NCBI GenBank assembly: GCA_041750195.1
Contig: JBGSZX010000031.1
Location: 20,669-84,668 of the forward strand
Direction of reading: 5' to 3'
Source: Bdellovibrionota bacterium
GTDB taxonomy: Bacteria; Bdellovibrionota; UBA2428
Length of the DNA stretch: 64,000 nucleotides
Notes under the pieces: generated by a model
What the model saw: only the letters and a program-made list of their open reading frames with translations
The model's database searches: none
Told to the model about the DNA's origin: nothing
Position numbers and translations under genes: made by a program
Part shown: piece after piece, positions 49,153-58,192 of the stretch
Position numbering within the stretch: position 1 is the first letter of the stretch
Layout of the letters: each line of letters starts with the position of its first letter

Positions 49153-50673
49153 GTGGCAGATAGTTTTGAAGAGTTTTGTGTAAAGGTAAAAGCCTTTATT
49201 GAAGAAGGAGCCATAGCCGAGGCTCAAGCTTATCTTACAGCCAACGAATCTAAATATGATGCTCGGCCAGAGCGCCTCGAACTAGCCCACTTCTTTAGAC
49301 GCTCGAGACTTCCAGAAAAAGCTATATCTCTGCTTCGTCCTTATATCAGGCCGAATTCTAAAAAGCCATTTGTGGCAACCGACCAAGAAAAACTTGCGTA
49401 TTCAGCGGCGTTGACATTGCTTGATGCTAGCAAAGAGTGTCGAAAGCTTCTGGAATCAGTCAAAGATAAAAACGCTGATGAGTATTTGCTTTTTTCTTCT
49501 TTCAACTTGATCCGTGAGTGGAATTATTCCGAGGCCGCTGGTTTTTTGGAAAAATATATCGCGCAGATTCATGACGATTACAAAAAGGCAATTGGGACCG
49601 TTAATTTGTTGCAATGCTATTTGGCGAGTGAAGAATTGGATAAGGCTCATCAAATTATTTCTCAAAAATGGCTAGAAAATTTTTTATTAGAACAATCTAA
49701 GCACCGTCTTCTTGGTAATTATTACGAACTAACGGCTCAGTACTATTTTCAAACTAAGGATTGGAATCTTGCTGGTGTGGCGCTCAAGAATGCGCAGAAA
49801 TACTCACAGCAAAACAAGTCTATCGATGAACTTTTTGTAAAAAAATGGGATTTGCTCGTTGATATGTACAAAACATCGGACAAAACAAAAATCGAAGCAC
49901 GTTGGATTAAAATGCGCAAAAAGGCTCATTCATTTTCACACTTTGAAACGGCCCGAGATTTGGATTGCCATTTTTCATTGCGATTTAGAGATGATGAGAT
50001 TCTTCGCTATGTCTATTGGGGAACGCCGTATAAAAGTTATAAAAATAAAATCAAGAAAAAATATAAAGATTTTTATTCGGTGGAATTTGATCCAGGGCAA
50101 AACTTTAGGCGGAAGATCTTTGAGCATCAAGAAACATTTCCATTTGGACCTGATGAATTGCCTATAGTCGAGTTTAAATTGGAAAGTTTTAGAAGGGATC
50201 CGCGCTTTTCAAGAGACATATTGGTCTTTAGGCTCTTGGAGGCTCTTTGTTCGGATTTTTATAAGGTTTCCTCTCTTTATTATATATTTGAATTCGTTTA
50301 TGAGGGAGAGTTTTTTAATCCTGAAAGTAGTCCTGGCAAAATTCGTCAACTTGTCTTTAGGCTAAAGGAATCTTTTAGGGAACTCGACTTGCCCTTGACA
50401 GTCTCCTTTGGTGAAAGAGGATATTGGCTCGAGGTAACCGAAGATAAAGTTGTTCACATTGATTTGGCTTCGAAATTTGAAATAAAAAGACATGAGCAGC
50501 TTCTTGAGAAGATTGAAGAATTGTTCGCTAAAAATTCATTTAAAGCAAAAGATCTGAGTTCAGAAGTAAGCATGTCTGCAAGAACTGTAGCTACTGCTTT
50601 AAAGGATCTGCTTGAAGATGGGGCGGTCGAAAAAATTGGTAGTGGCCCCAATACAAGTTATCGATTGGTGTGA
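49153..50673 (+). CDS. Hypothetical cytoplasmic protein with an N-terminal TPR-like helical region and a C-terminal winged helix-turn-helix
   Basis: The C-terminus LSSEVSMSARTVATALKDLLEDGAVEKIGSGPNTSYRLV is a typical wHTH ending with G-x-G-x-x-T-x-Y. Confidence 0.5.
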   Translation: MADSFEEFCVKVKAFIEEGAIAEAQAYLTANESKYDARPERLELAHFFRRSRLPEKAISLLRPYIRPNSKKPFVATDQEKLAYSAALTLLDASKECRKLLESVKDKNADEYLLFSSFNLIREWNYSEAAGFLEKYIAQIHDDYKKAIGTVNLLQCYLASEELDKAHQIISQKWLENFLLEQSKHRLLGNYYELTAQYYFQTKDWNLAGVALKNAQKYSQQNKSIDELFVKKWDLLVDMYKTSDKTKIEARWIKMRKKAHSFSHFETARDLDCHFSLRFRDDEILRYVYWGTPYKSYKNKIKKKYKDFYSVEFDPGQNFRRKIFEHQETFPFGPDELPIVEFKLESFRRDPRFSRDILVFRLLEALCSDFYKVSSLYYIFEFVYEGEFFNPESSPGKIRQLVFRLKESFRELDLPLTVSFGERGYWLEVTEDKVVHIDLASKFEIKRHEQLLEKIEELFAKNSFKAKDLSSEVSMSARTVATALKDLLEDGAVEKIGSGPNTSYRLV

Positions 50674-50749
50674 ATATTTTCCTAACAAAAATCAAGATGA
50701 GCCGTGAAGGGAGAGGGGATAGGCGGTGAGAGCACAACCCTGTCAATCG

Positions 50750-52414
50750 TTAAGCCCTAAGAGCTTTCCACCCTGTCCATATCGCAAAGATTCCGGCGAA
50801 GGACCACACACTAATCAAGGCCCATTGAGGGAGAAAAATTTGAGTTGTGACTTGTCCAGCTACAAATAAAAAAGCTGCAGCCACAATGCTTTGACTTAAA
50901 ATTCCAAATCCCTTTATCTGAGCATTGGCAAGGGTTTGAATGTTGTTGATGCTCATGTTGATTTTAAGATCGCCACATTCAAGCTGGCGTGTGATTTCTG
51001 CTGCCTGTCTGGGCCAATGTCTTAGAAGATTAAGGGTGTCTCTGCCGGTAAAAGCAATTTCTTTGAGAACATATTCTGGCTTGTAGATGGTCCGTAAAAC
51101 TTCTTTGGCGTATCTGGCACCTCCGGAAACCAAATCGAAATCGGGGTCCATTTCTCTAGCGAGACCTTCAAGTGTCATGATGCTTCTAAAAACCATAATC
51201 AAATCGGCAGGCAAAACAACTTGGTGCTTCAGGGCAATTGAGGAGGCATCCATGAGTAATTTTCCCGAAGGAATGGCGCGCAAGGGCCTACCGTGATACG
51301 GCGAAAACAAATTGTAGATTTCATCAGAGAGCGCGTCCATTGTTTTTGATGTGCGCGTTCCTTGTGATGCGGGAGAAAGCTGTACATATTCTTGGACTAG
51401 CCAATCGTAGTCTTGCGCAAGAAGCGCGAGGAACATGCTTATGACAGCGCGCTTTGAAGAATCAGATAAGTATCCTACGGCGCCAAAATCAACGAGGGCC
51501 ATGCGTCCATCGGGCAAAATAAATATATTGCCACCGTGAGGGTCGCCGTGAAAGAGGCCGTCAATCATGATTGACTTGTAAAAGGCATCCATGCCTTTGG
51601 CCAAAATTTCCCTAGTATCCAATCCCATTTCTTTGATTTCGGAAAGATGCGAAAGCTTAATGCCCCGAATCCTTTCCATGGTGAGAACTTCTTTTGTTGA
51701 TAAATCTAGATAGGGTTTTGGAATGTATAAAAAATCGGAATCGGAAAAGTTTTCCCTGTAATTTTTAATATTATAATATTCACGTTCAAAATCTGTCTCT
51801 GCCAAAAGTGAACGCTTAAACTCTCTCACAATGGCTTTGGGCCTAAAAACCTTAACTTCAGGAATATATTTCTCAATCAAATTTGCGATCAGTTCCAAAA
51901 TTTCTAAATCTTGAGTGATCAATTTTGAAACATTGGGCTTGATAACTTTAACAACAACGTCGTCGCCCTCTAGAGTGCGAGCCGAATGAACCTGCGCGAT
52001 GCTGGCAGTGGCCATGGGTTCAGTGTCAAAGCTCGAAAAGCATTCATTGAGTTTGCGGCCAAGTGACTGCTCAATGACGGGTTGAATTTCAAGAATCGAA
52101 ATAGGGCTCACGTCATCCTGGAGATGTTTCAGTTCGTCTACAATATCTGCGGGTATAAGGTCCGGTCTGCCGGATAAAATTTGCCCTAACTTGATAAAGG
52201 TGGGGCCAAGTTTCTCGCAAAGCATTCGAAGTCTCATGGGGAGGGGCGTTTCGAGGCTGACAGCTAAATTTTTTGAGCTAGCAAAGCGACCCAAGCCTAT
52301 TCGATCAAGCAGAGTGTTGAATCCGAACTGGCCCATGGTTGTTGCGATCTCTCGCATGCGACCTACGTTTTTTACCGCAAGTCGAACCTGTTGGACTCGC
52401 GTTAAGACATTCAT
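50750..52414 (-). CDS. ubiB: UbiB/ABC1 (AarF) atypical kinase family protein
   Basis: ASIAQVHSA plus a catalytic HGDPHGGN-type loop (FHGDPHGGNIF) and C-terminal TMs. Confidence 0.85.
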   Translation of the reverse strand: MNVLTRVQQVRLAVKNVGRMREIATTMGQFGFNTLLDRIGLGRFASSKNLAVSLETPLPMRLRMLCEKLGPTFIKLGQILSGRPDLIPADIVDELKHLQDDVSPISILEIQPVIEQSLGRKLNECFSSFDTEPMATASIAQVHSARTLEGDDVVVKVIKPNVSKLITQDLEILELIANLIEKYIPEVKVFRPKAIVREFKRSLLAETDFEREYYNIKNYRENFSDSDFLYIPKPYLDLSTKEVLTMERIRGIKLSHLSEIKEMGLDTREILAKGMDAFYKSIMIDGLFHGDPHGGNIFILPDGRMALVDFGAVGYLSDSSKRAVISMFLALLAQDYDWLVQEYVQLSPASQGTRTSKTMDALSDEIYNLFSPYHGRPLRAIPSGKLLMDASSIALKHQVVLPADLIMVFRSIMTLEGLAREMDPDFDLVSGGARYAKEVLRTIYKPEYVLKEIAFTGRDTLNLLRHWPRQAAEITRQLECGDLKINMSINNIQTLANAQIKGFGILSQSIVAAAFLFVAGQVTTQIFLPQWALISVWSFAGIFAIWTGWKALRA

Positions 52415-54636
52415 TCCATAAGCTCCATGGGTTCAAAGTCAATGCGTCTGGTTTTGATGTCGACAGATACGAGTTTCACCTTAATTCGGTGTCCTAGGTG
52501 AATGATTTTATTTCCTGAAGTTTTGTAGCACATCAAAGAAGAATTAAATTGAAAGCCACCCCAGAGTCCAAATCGATCGGCATTTATGAGGCCATCGACA
52601 AAGTGGCCTGTGATTTGGCAAAAAATTCCCTTTTCGGTAACGCCAGTAACGAAGGCGTCGAATTCTTCACCCAATTTGTTTTCCATGAAACGACATTTTT
52701 TAATGTCGATTAATTTTCGTTCGGCATCCATTGCAAGGCGTTCTTGATCAGAGCAATGCTGACAGCGTTGCTCTAAATCTGTCGAAGGATCAAAGGCGGC
52801 TTTAACTCCAAGAGCTTCTTTTATAAGCCGATGCACCATCAAGTCGGGGTAGCGGCGAATAGGGGAGGTGAAGTGAGTGTAGTCTTTTTCTGCAAGGGCA
52901 AAATGCCCCTTGGGTTGATTGGTGTAGCGAGCTTGTTTGAGTGTTCGAAGCATCATGGGTTGTAGAGCCTGAACAATCGGATCATTTTCTCCACGATCTT
53001 TGCGAATGCGTTTCAATAAGATGGCATAATCTTCAGGATCCTGGATGACAGCACCTTCTGTCTCTTTTGTTTTCTGTCCCTTTTTTTGTTTCTGCTTTCG
53101 TTCCCACTTTTTGCCAAGAATTTCTATGGCATTGATTCCTTGTAGCGACAAAAATTCTATAAACTCTCTAGCTTTTTTTGCTTCCGGTTCTTCGTGAACC
53201 CTGTAAACACCTGCTCTTGCTTTTTCTTTTAGAAATTTTGCAGCACATTGATTGGCAATCAACATGCATTCTTCAATAAGTTTGTGGGCCGTTAGTCTCA
53301 CTCTTGCAGTGATGTCGAGGACGGTCCCGTCTTTGTTTAATTGTACAAAAGCTTCAGGAATTTCGAGATCAATGGATCCTCGCTTAAAGCGAGCTTCGTT
53401 GAGCCTTTCAAAAGTGTCTATAAGGACGTTAAGACCTTCTTCGAGTCCTTTGACTTCTTCTTGAACCCATTCTTCTTTGTCTATAAAGGCTTGCATCATC
53501 TCATAAGTCATACGTTTGTGACTTCGCATCACGCCTTCAAAAAAATGGTAATCCTTAACAATGCCATGATCGTTGATCACACACTCGCAAACCATACAGG
53601 GGCGATCTTCATTTGGAACAAGTGAACAAACCCCGTTCGACAAAACTTCGGGAAGCATAGGCGTTACATGGTCGGGAAAATAAACGCTGGTTGATCTTTC
53701 AAAGGCTTCTTTGTCTAGGGCTGTTCCCGGTTCAACAAAAAGTGAAACGTCGGCGATGGCTACCCATAGGCGAATGTTTTCGCCTTCGCGTTTGGCGTAA
53801 ACCGCGTCATCGAAGTCTCTTGCGTCTCGACCATCGATGGTGACGAGTGGCAAATCGCGAATGTCTTTGCGAGACGTAGTTTTTTCGGTCCATCTTTCGG
53901 CTTGGTTTTCGGCGTATGAAAGTGCTGACGGTGTGAATTCGCGCGGCCAGGAAGCGTCTAGCAAAACTCGTAAGGTGTCCATTCCAGCAGACTCAGGGTC
54001 CTCAATGGTTCGAGTGATTTGGGCTTTCCCGGGAACTTTACTTGGGTATTCTAAAATTTTGCATAAAACGGCAGAACCAGGTTTAAGTTCTTTGGCGTTG
54101 AAATTAGGATTTTCTTGCATTTTAAAAACATGGTTTCGATCGCGTGCCTCAAGAGGAACCAAAAGAACGCCTCCACCATGTGGCCTGTAAAATCCTAAAA
54201 ATTCTGTTTGATGACGTTTTAAAATATCAACAATGCTTCCTCTAAGTTTTCCGTCACTAAAACTTTGAGTAACTTGCACGCGAACTTCATCGCGATTCAT
54301 AATGTCTTTTAAGTTTTCTTTGCCAATGTAAACATTTGGCTCATCAGAATTAAAAGGAATTAAAAATCCAAAGCCGTCCGGATGAATGTCCACCCGCCCA
54401 TCAATAAATTGTGGAGCCGATGATCGCCTTGGTGGTTTGAATCCATCTTCGCGTTCTTTTTTCTTTTCAAGCGAGCCTGAGCTTAGGCGTTTGTCGGCCT
54501 GTGAATTACGAGTTGAGTTTCTTCTTGGGGTGCCTTTGCGTTTTGAGGGCTTGCCCCCGCCGCTATTAGTTTTATTTGGCATATTTAACTCTGTTATAGC
54601 GTACTTTTTTTCCCAAGAATGGTGAAAACTCAGCAT
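52411..54636 (-). CDS. rnr: Ribonuclease R (RNB family 3'-5' exoribonuclease) with an N-terminal basic extension
   Basis: Cold-shock/OB domains, an RNB domain (DDAVYAKREG...WVAIADVS) and a C-terminal S1. The N-terminal ~70 aa are K/R/S-rich. Confidence 0.85.
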   Translation of the reverse strand: MLSFHHSWEKKYAITELNMPNKTNSGGGKPSKRKGTPRRNSTRNSQADKRLSSGSLEKKKEREDGFKPPRRSSAPQFIDGRVDIHPDGFGFLIPFNSDEPNVYIGKENLKDIMNRDEVRVQVTQSFSDGKLRGSIVDILKRHQTEFLGFYRPHGGGVLLVPLEARDRNHVFKMQENPNFNAKELKPGSAVLCKILEYPSKVPGKAQITRTIEDPESAGMDTLRVLLDASWPREFTPSALSYAENQAERWTEKTTSRKDIRDLPLVTIDGRDARDFDDAVYAKREGENIRLWVAIADVSLFVEPGTALDKEAFERSTSVYFPDHVTPMLPEVLSNGVCSLVPNEDRPCMVCECVINDHGIVKDYHFFEGVMRSHKRMTYEMMQAFIDKEEWVQEEVKGLEEGLNVLIDTFERLNEARFKRGSIDLEIPEAFVQLNKDGTVLDITARVRLTAHKLIEECMLIANQCAAKFLKEKARAGVYRVHEEPEAKKAREFIEFLSLQGINAIEILGKKWERKQKQKKGQKTKETEGAVIQDPEDYAILLKRIRKDRGENDPIVQALQPMMLRTLKQARYTNQPKGHFALAEKDYTHFTSPIRRYPDLMVHRLIKEALGVKAAFDPSTDLEQRCQHCSDQERLAMDAERKLIDIKKCRFMENKLGEEFDAFVTGVTEKGIFCQITGHFVDGLINADRFGLWGGFQFNSSLMCYKTSGNKIIHLGHRIKVKLVSVDIKTRRIDFEPMELME

Positions 54637-54657
54637 CTTCGGGGTACTATATGCACA

Positions 54658-54966
54658 ATGTCACACTCAAGAGATCTATCCACTTTTGATTTTTTGGTCA
54701 TTATTTTGCTCGTAGCTGGCCTGGGAGCCTTGGCGCATTTGTCGAGAGCGCCCTCAAATCCCTCTACGCCGGGAGCTAGATGGTCGGGTGATGCCATGAA
54801 GGCTCATTCTGAAGCTCCGGCTGAGGCATCTCAAGAGGGTTTTGACACCAAAAACTTGAGTAGCGAGGCTGCTCAAGAACTTCAGGAGAGCGTGGAAGAC
54901 ATTGAAGCCATTGAGGACTCTGAGTCCAATGTACAAGCTCCAACTGAGCAAGAGAGCGGGAACTAA
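54658..54966 (+). CDS. Small hypothetical membrane-anchored acidic protein, immediately upstream of surE
   Basis: A TM segment FLVIILLVAGLGALA followed by an E/S-rich tail. It ends 2 bp before surE. ORF track 54619. Confidence 0.35.
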   Translation: MSHSRDLSTFDFLVIILLVAGLGALAHLSRAPSNPSTPGARWSGDAMKAHSEAPAEASQEGFDTKNLSSEAAQELQESVEDIEAIEDSESNVQAPTEQESGN

Positions 54967-54968
54967 AA

Positions 54969-55952
54969 ATGGCTTCAAAACCAACTAAAAGAAAATTAAG
55001 AATACTTATTTCAAATGATGATGGCATTGGAAGCCAGGGGATATTGGCTCTGGGTCGTGCCTTAAGCCGTATTGCTGAAGTCACCATGGTTGCCCCAGAG
55101 CGGGAGCAATCGACAATGGGACATGCTCTAACACTTCATAAACCCGTTCGAATATTTCATGTTGGAAGCGAAAAAAACTTGGACATGTGGGCAACTAGCG
55201 GCACGCCGGCTGACTGTGTTTATGTGGGCCTTCGATATGTGATGAAACACAGACCTGACATCATAGTTTCAGGAATAAACAGAGGCGTGAACCTTGGAAA
55301 CGATGCCTACTATTCCGGTACAATTGCGGCAGCGCGAGAAGGTGCCGTTATGGATATTCCTGCTATCGCTGCGTCTCTTGATTATCACTATGAGCCAGGG
55401 AAGGAAGGTTCAGGGAATTTTGAATGGGCTGCAAATTATTTGGTTGATTTAGTAGCCGGAGTCATCCGAAATCCCATTCCTCCGAGTTGTTTGTTGAACA
55501 TCAATTTTCCAAACGTTACTGCGGGAAAAGTCAAAGGTGTGCGCGTGGCTAGGCAAGGATTTAGAATCTATACAGATAAAGTCGAAGCACGTATCGATAG
55601 CCGAGGTAAAAATTACTTTTGGTTAGGTGGTAAATACGCTGGTTTTAAACAAATTGAAGGATCAGATTGTGAAGTTTTGGATCAAAACTACATTTCAATC
55701 ACACCTTTTAGAATTGATTTAACTCAATATGATTATATGGAAACATTGGCGAGTTGGGTGCCTGACCCTCATGATAGAGCAACCACTGGCACGGCAAAAG
55801 TTGCCGTCCCGATTATGCATCGAGGTATTCAATCGCGTAGATCTAATGTCATTGCTAGATCTGCCGCCTTAAAGCCAAAAGTTAAAAAACAAAAAGTTGT
55901 AAAAAAAGCCACAAAAGCACCTGTAAAGTCAAAGGTTCGTAAAAAGAAATAA
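54969..55952 (+). CDS. surE: 5'/3'-nucleotidase SurE with a ~45-aa lysine-rich (histone H1-like) C-terminal tail
   Basis: LRILISNDDGIGSQGILALGRAL is the SurE N-terminus. The tail is KPKVKKQKVVKKATKAPVKSKVRKKK. Confidence 0.85.
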   Translation: MASKPTKRKLRILISNDDGIGSQGILALGRALSRIAEVTMVAPEREQSTMGHALTLHKPVRIFHVGSEKNLDMWATSGTPADCVYVGLRYVMKHRPDIIVSGINRGVNLGNDAYYSGTIAAAREGAVMDIPAIAASLDYHYEPGKEGSGNFEWAANYLVDLVAGVIRNPIPPSCLLNINFPNVTAGKVKGVRVARQGFRIYTDKVEARIDSRGKNYFWLGGKYAGFKQIEGSDCEVLDQNYISITPFRIDLTQYDYMETLASWVPDPHDRATTGTAKVAVPIMHRGIQSRRSNVIARSAALKPKVKKQKVVKKATKAPVKSKVRKKK

Positions 55953-55954
55953 TT

Positions 55955-56491
55955 GTGAGCGTCTGGAATTGCTTCCGAGCTTTTAATGTTTTCGGCTATT
56001 TTTTGTGTCTTCTCATTGTTGGATCATGTGTGACGGGCCCTTCTCCAAAAGAGTACCTAAAATCGATGCCAGATCCAAAATCTGCACTTCTTAGTTTTTC
56101 GCTTCCATTAGACAAACCCACAATTAAAGTTCTTTCTCTTTTTGGTTGGCGAAAGTCCAGGAAGGTCCATGAAGGACTTGATATGAAAGCTTCGATTGGC
56201 ACCAAGGTGATTGCTGCAGAGCGCGGTGTGGTCAGTTATGTCGGAAAACGCCTCTCAGGTTATGGCCTTATGGTGGTCGTTAATCACGGAGGGGGCTGGA
56301 GTAGTGTCTATGCCCACCTTTCTAGGTCCTTTGTTCAGCGCGGATATTCGGTAAAAAAGAGCCAGCAAATCGCCCTTTCTGGAAATTCCGGGCGGACTTC
56401 GGGCCCCCATTTGCATTTTGAAATCCGAAAAGGGGCTGATCCCCTTGATCCGCTCCTTTTTTTACCAACAAATCAGCTTCAATTGCCCTAA
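55955..56491 (+). CDS. M23-family metallopeptidase (LytM/NlpD-like)
   Basis: HEGLDMKA...GNSGRTSGPHLHFEI carries the HxxxD and HxH zinc motifs. Confidence 0.85.
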   Translation: MSVWNCFRAFNVFGYFLCLLIVGSCVTGPSPKEYLKSMPDPKSALLSFSLPLDKPTIKVLSLFGWRKSRKVHEGLDMKASIGTKVIAAERGVVSYVGKRLSGYGLMVVVNHGGGWSSVYAHLSRSFVQRGYSVKKSQQIALSGNSGRTSGPHLHFEIRKGADPLDPLLFLPTNQLQLP

Positions 56492-56517
56492 TCGACCCTC
56501 TGAATTCACCTAGGGTC

Positions 56518-57102
56518 TTGTCAGTAGAGGTTTGCGCCACTATTGTGCGCGCTATGAGCACAGAGAATTATGTAGATGGATTACGCTTGATCAGGACCTT
56601 CAAGGATTTTCCAAGAGAAGGCGTCACTTATTACGATTTGACCCCCCTGTTGTCCGATGGATTGCATTTTGGTCGTGCCATGGAGCGTTTTTCAAGACGC
56701 TTTTCTCGTCGACAAGTTGATTATGTCGTTTCGCCTGAGTCACGTGGCTATATGTTCGGTGTCGCCTTAGCATCAAAAATTGGCGCAGGTTTTGTGCCTG
56801 TTGCTCGTTATGGATCGCTTCCTTACGATTGTGTGACCCAAGAATGTCCTGCGGGCTATCACCACGATGTCGATAATGTTAAAGTCCTGAGCATGCACAA
56901 AGAAACGCTTCGTCCAGGCGCAAAAGTTCTTATTGTTGATGATATTTTAGGTAGCGGCAACACCGCGCTTGCGTGTAAGAAATTGATTGAAAGCCAAGGC
57001 GCAGAAGTTGTAGAGGCCGCGTTTTTTCTTGAGATCAGTTCTCTAAATGGGCGAGACCTTTTAGGCGATACAAACGCTCATAGTTTGATGACGATTGAAT
57101 AG
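56518..57102 (+). CDS. apt: Adenine phosphoribosyltransferase
   Basis: PRPP-binding loop VLIVDDILGSGNT. The probable start is M at 56557 (MSTENYVDGL...). There is a ~25-aa insertion relative to E. coli Apt. Confidence 0.75.
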   Translation: MSVEVCATIVRAMSTENYVDGLRLIRTFKDFPREGVTYYDLTPLLSDGLHFGRAMERFSRRFSRRQVDYVVSPESRGYMFGVALASKIGAGFVPVARYGSLPYDCVTQECPAGYHHDVDNVKVLSMHKETLRPGAKVLIVDDILGSGNTALACKKLIESQGAEVVEAAFFLEISSLNGRDLLGDTNAHSLMTIE

Positions 57103-57120
57103 CTCAAAAAATTTTAAGTC

Positions 57121-57435
57121 ATGAATTCTTCTGATTGGAAATCACTGTTGGTCGATGAGCCCGACAACGAACTCATACATTTTTCATTTGCCAAAGCTCT
57201 TCTCGATGAACGCCAGTGGCTAGGTGCTTCTGAGGAATTCAAAAAAATTGTGAAAGCAAAACCAGACTATGTCATTGCGTGGGCATTTCTTGCGCGATCC
57301 TTGCTTGAAGCTGGCGATCGCGATGGTGCACGAGAAGCAGCTGAATATGGGATGCCTCTAGCTCGGGCATTCAATCACGAAGTCCCAATTGAAGAGCTTG
57401 AATCTATTCTGGAAGAGCTCGATTCTGATTTTTGA
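57121..57435 (+). CDS. Small TPR-like helical protein (104 aa)
   Basis: Two TPR-like helix pairs (AKALLDERQWLGASEEFKKIVKAKPDYVIAWAFLARSLLEAGD). Confidence 0.45.
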   Translation: MNSSDWKSLLVDEPDNELIHFSFAKALLDERQWLGASEEFKKIVKAKPDYVIAWAFLARSLLEAGDRDGAREAAEYGMPLARAFNHEVPIEELESILEELDSDF

Positions 57436-57444
57436 GACGGTGTC

Positions 57445-58122
57445 CTAGGTAAAGCCACAGCCTGGGAATCCATTAATGGGGATTGCAAATAATTTTTCCT
57501 GAGATAATTTATCTGATGAAATCCGTTTAAAAGATTTTTCCAAATTTGCTAAATGCTCAATAAGTTTTGGGAGTCGCTCGTTGTTGTTGCCTAAAATGCA
57601 GGTATAGGGCCGCTGCTTCCAAAATTTGTTTGAAAAACTACGGCTAATGACGGAGGCAGGTTTTGATTTGCGCGCACCCGTCATTAGCCTGGCAACTTCA
57701 CCGGAAAGGGCTCGGATGAAGTTGTTGTAGAGACTTCTCGCCCGACGTTTGTCGGGCGGAAGCCTCAGGATCAGATGCATGTACGTTCCCCCGTTTAGCA
57801 TCTGCTGAATACGAATTTTGTTTTTTTTGGCACGTGCGAAAGTTAATCTCTCGATTTCACGGGTTTTGGAGATTAGCGGAAATCTCATGTTTGGAGACGT
57901 GAGCTCATCACTCTTGGATGTCTCGAATAGGCTCGTATTGATATGAAGCACAAGTTCCATAGCTTGGGTTGTGCTTAGGGGCCGGCGCTCCTTAGCGTTT
58001 GAGGCGACTAACAGCATCCCGCCAAACCCCATTCCTTTTTTACTAAAGCTAGATTTTCCGGTTCTCATTCTATCAAATCTCTTACCTGTCTTTAATAGTA
58101 GCGATGTTATTTTAAAGGTCAA
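57445..58122 (-). mobile_element. Second IS200-like Y1 HUH transposase-fold paralog. The HuH is degenerate (YMH) and the catalytic Tyr context is retained (FWKQRPYTCILG)
   Basis: It aligns along its length to the 46103 ORF: KSSFSKKGMGFGG/KNSFAFGGAGL, RRARSLYNNFIRAL/RRAFAAYFKAL and FWKQRPYTCILG versus IS200 FWxRGYYVxTVG. Confidence 0.5.
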
Positions 58123-58192
58123 GCTCTCAAAAAAATATTTATATATTCAGTATTGTAGAGAAGCGTAGAAAAGGGGTGTAGCGTATTTTTTA

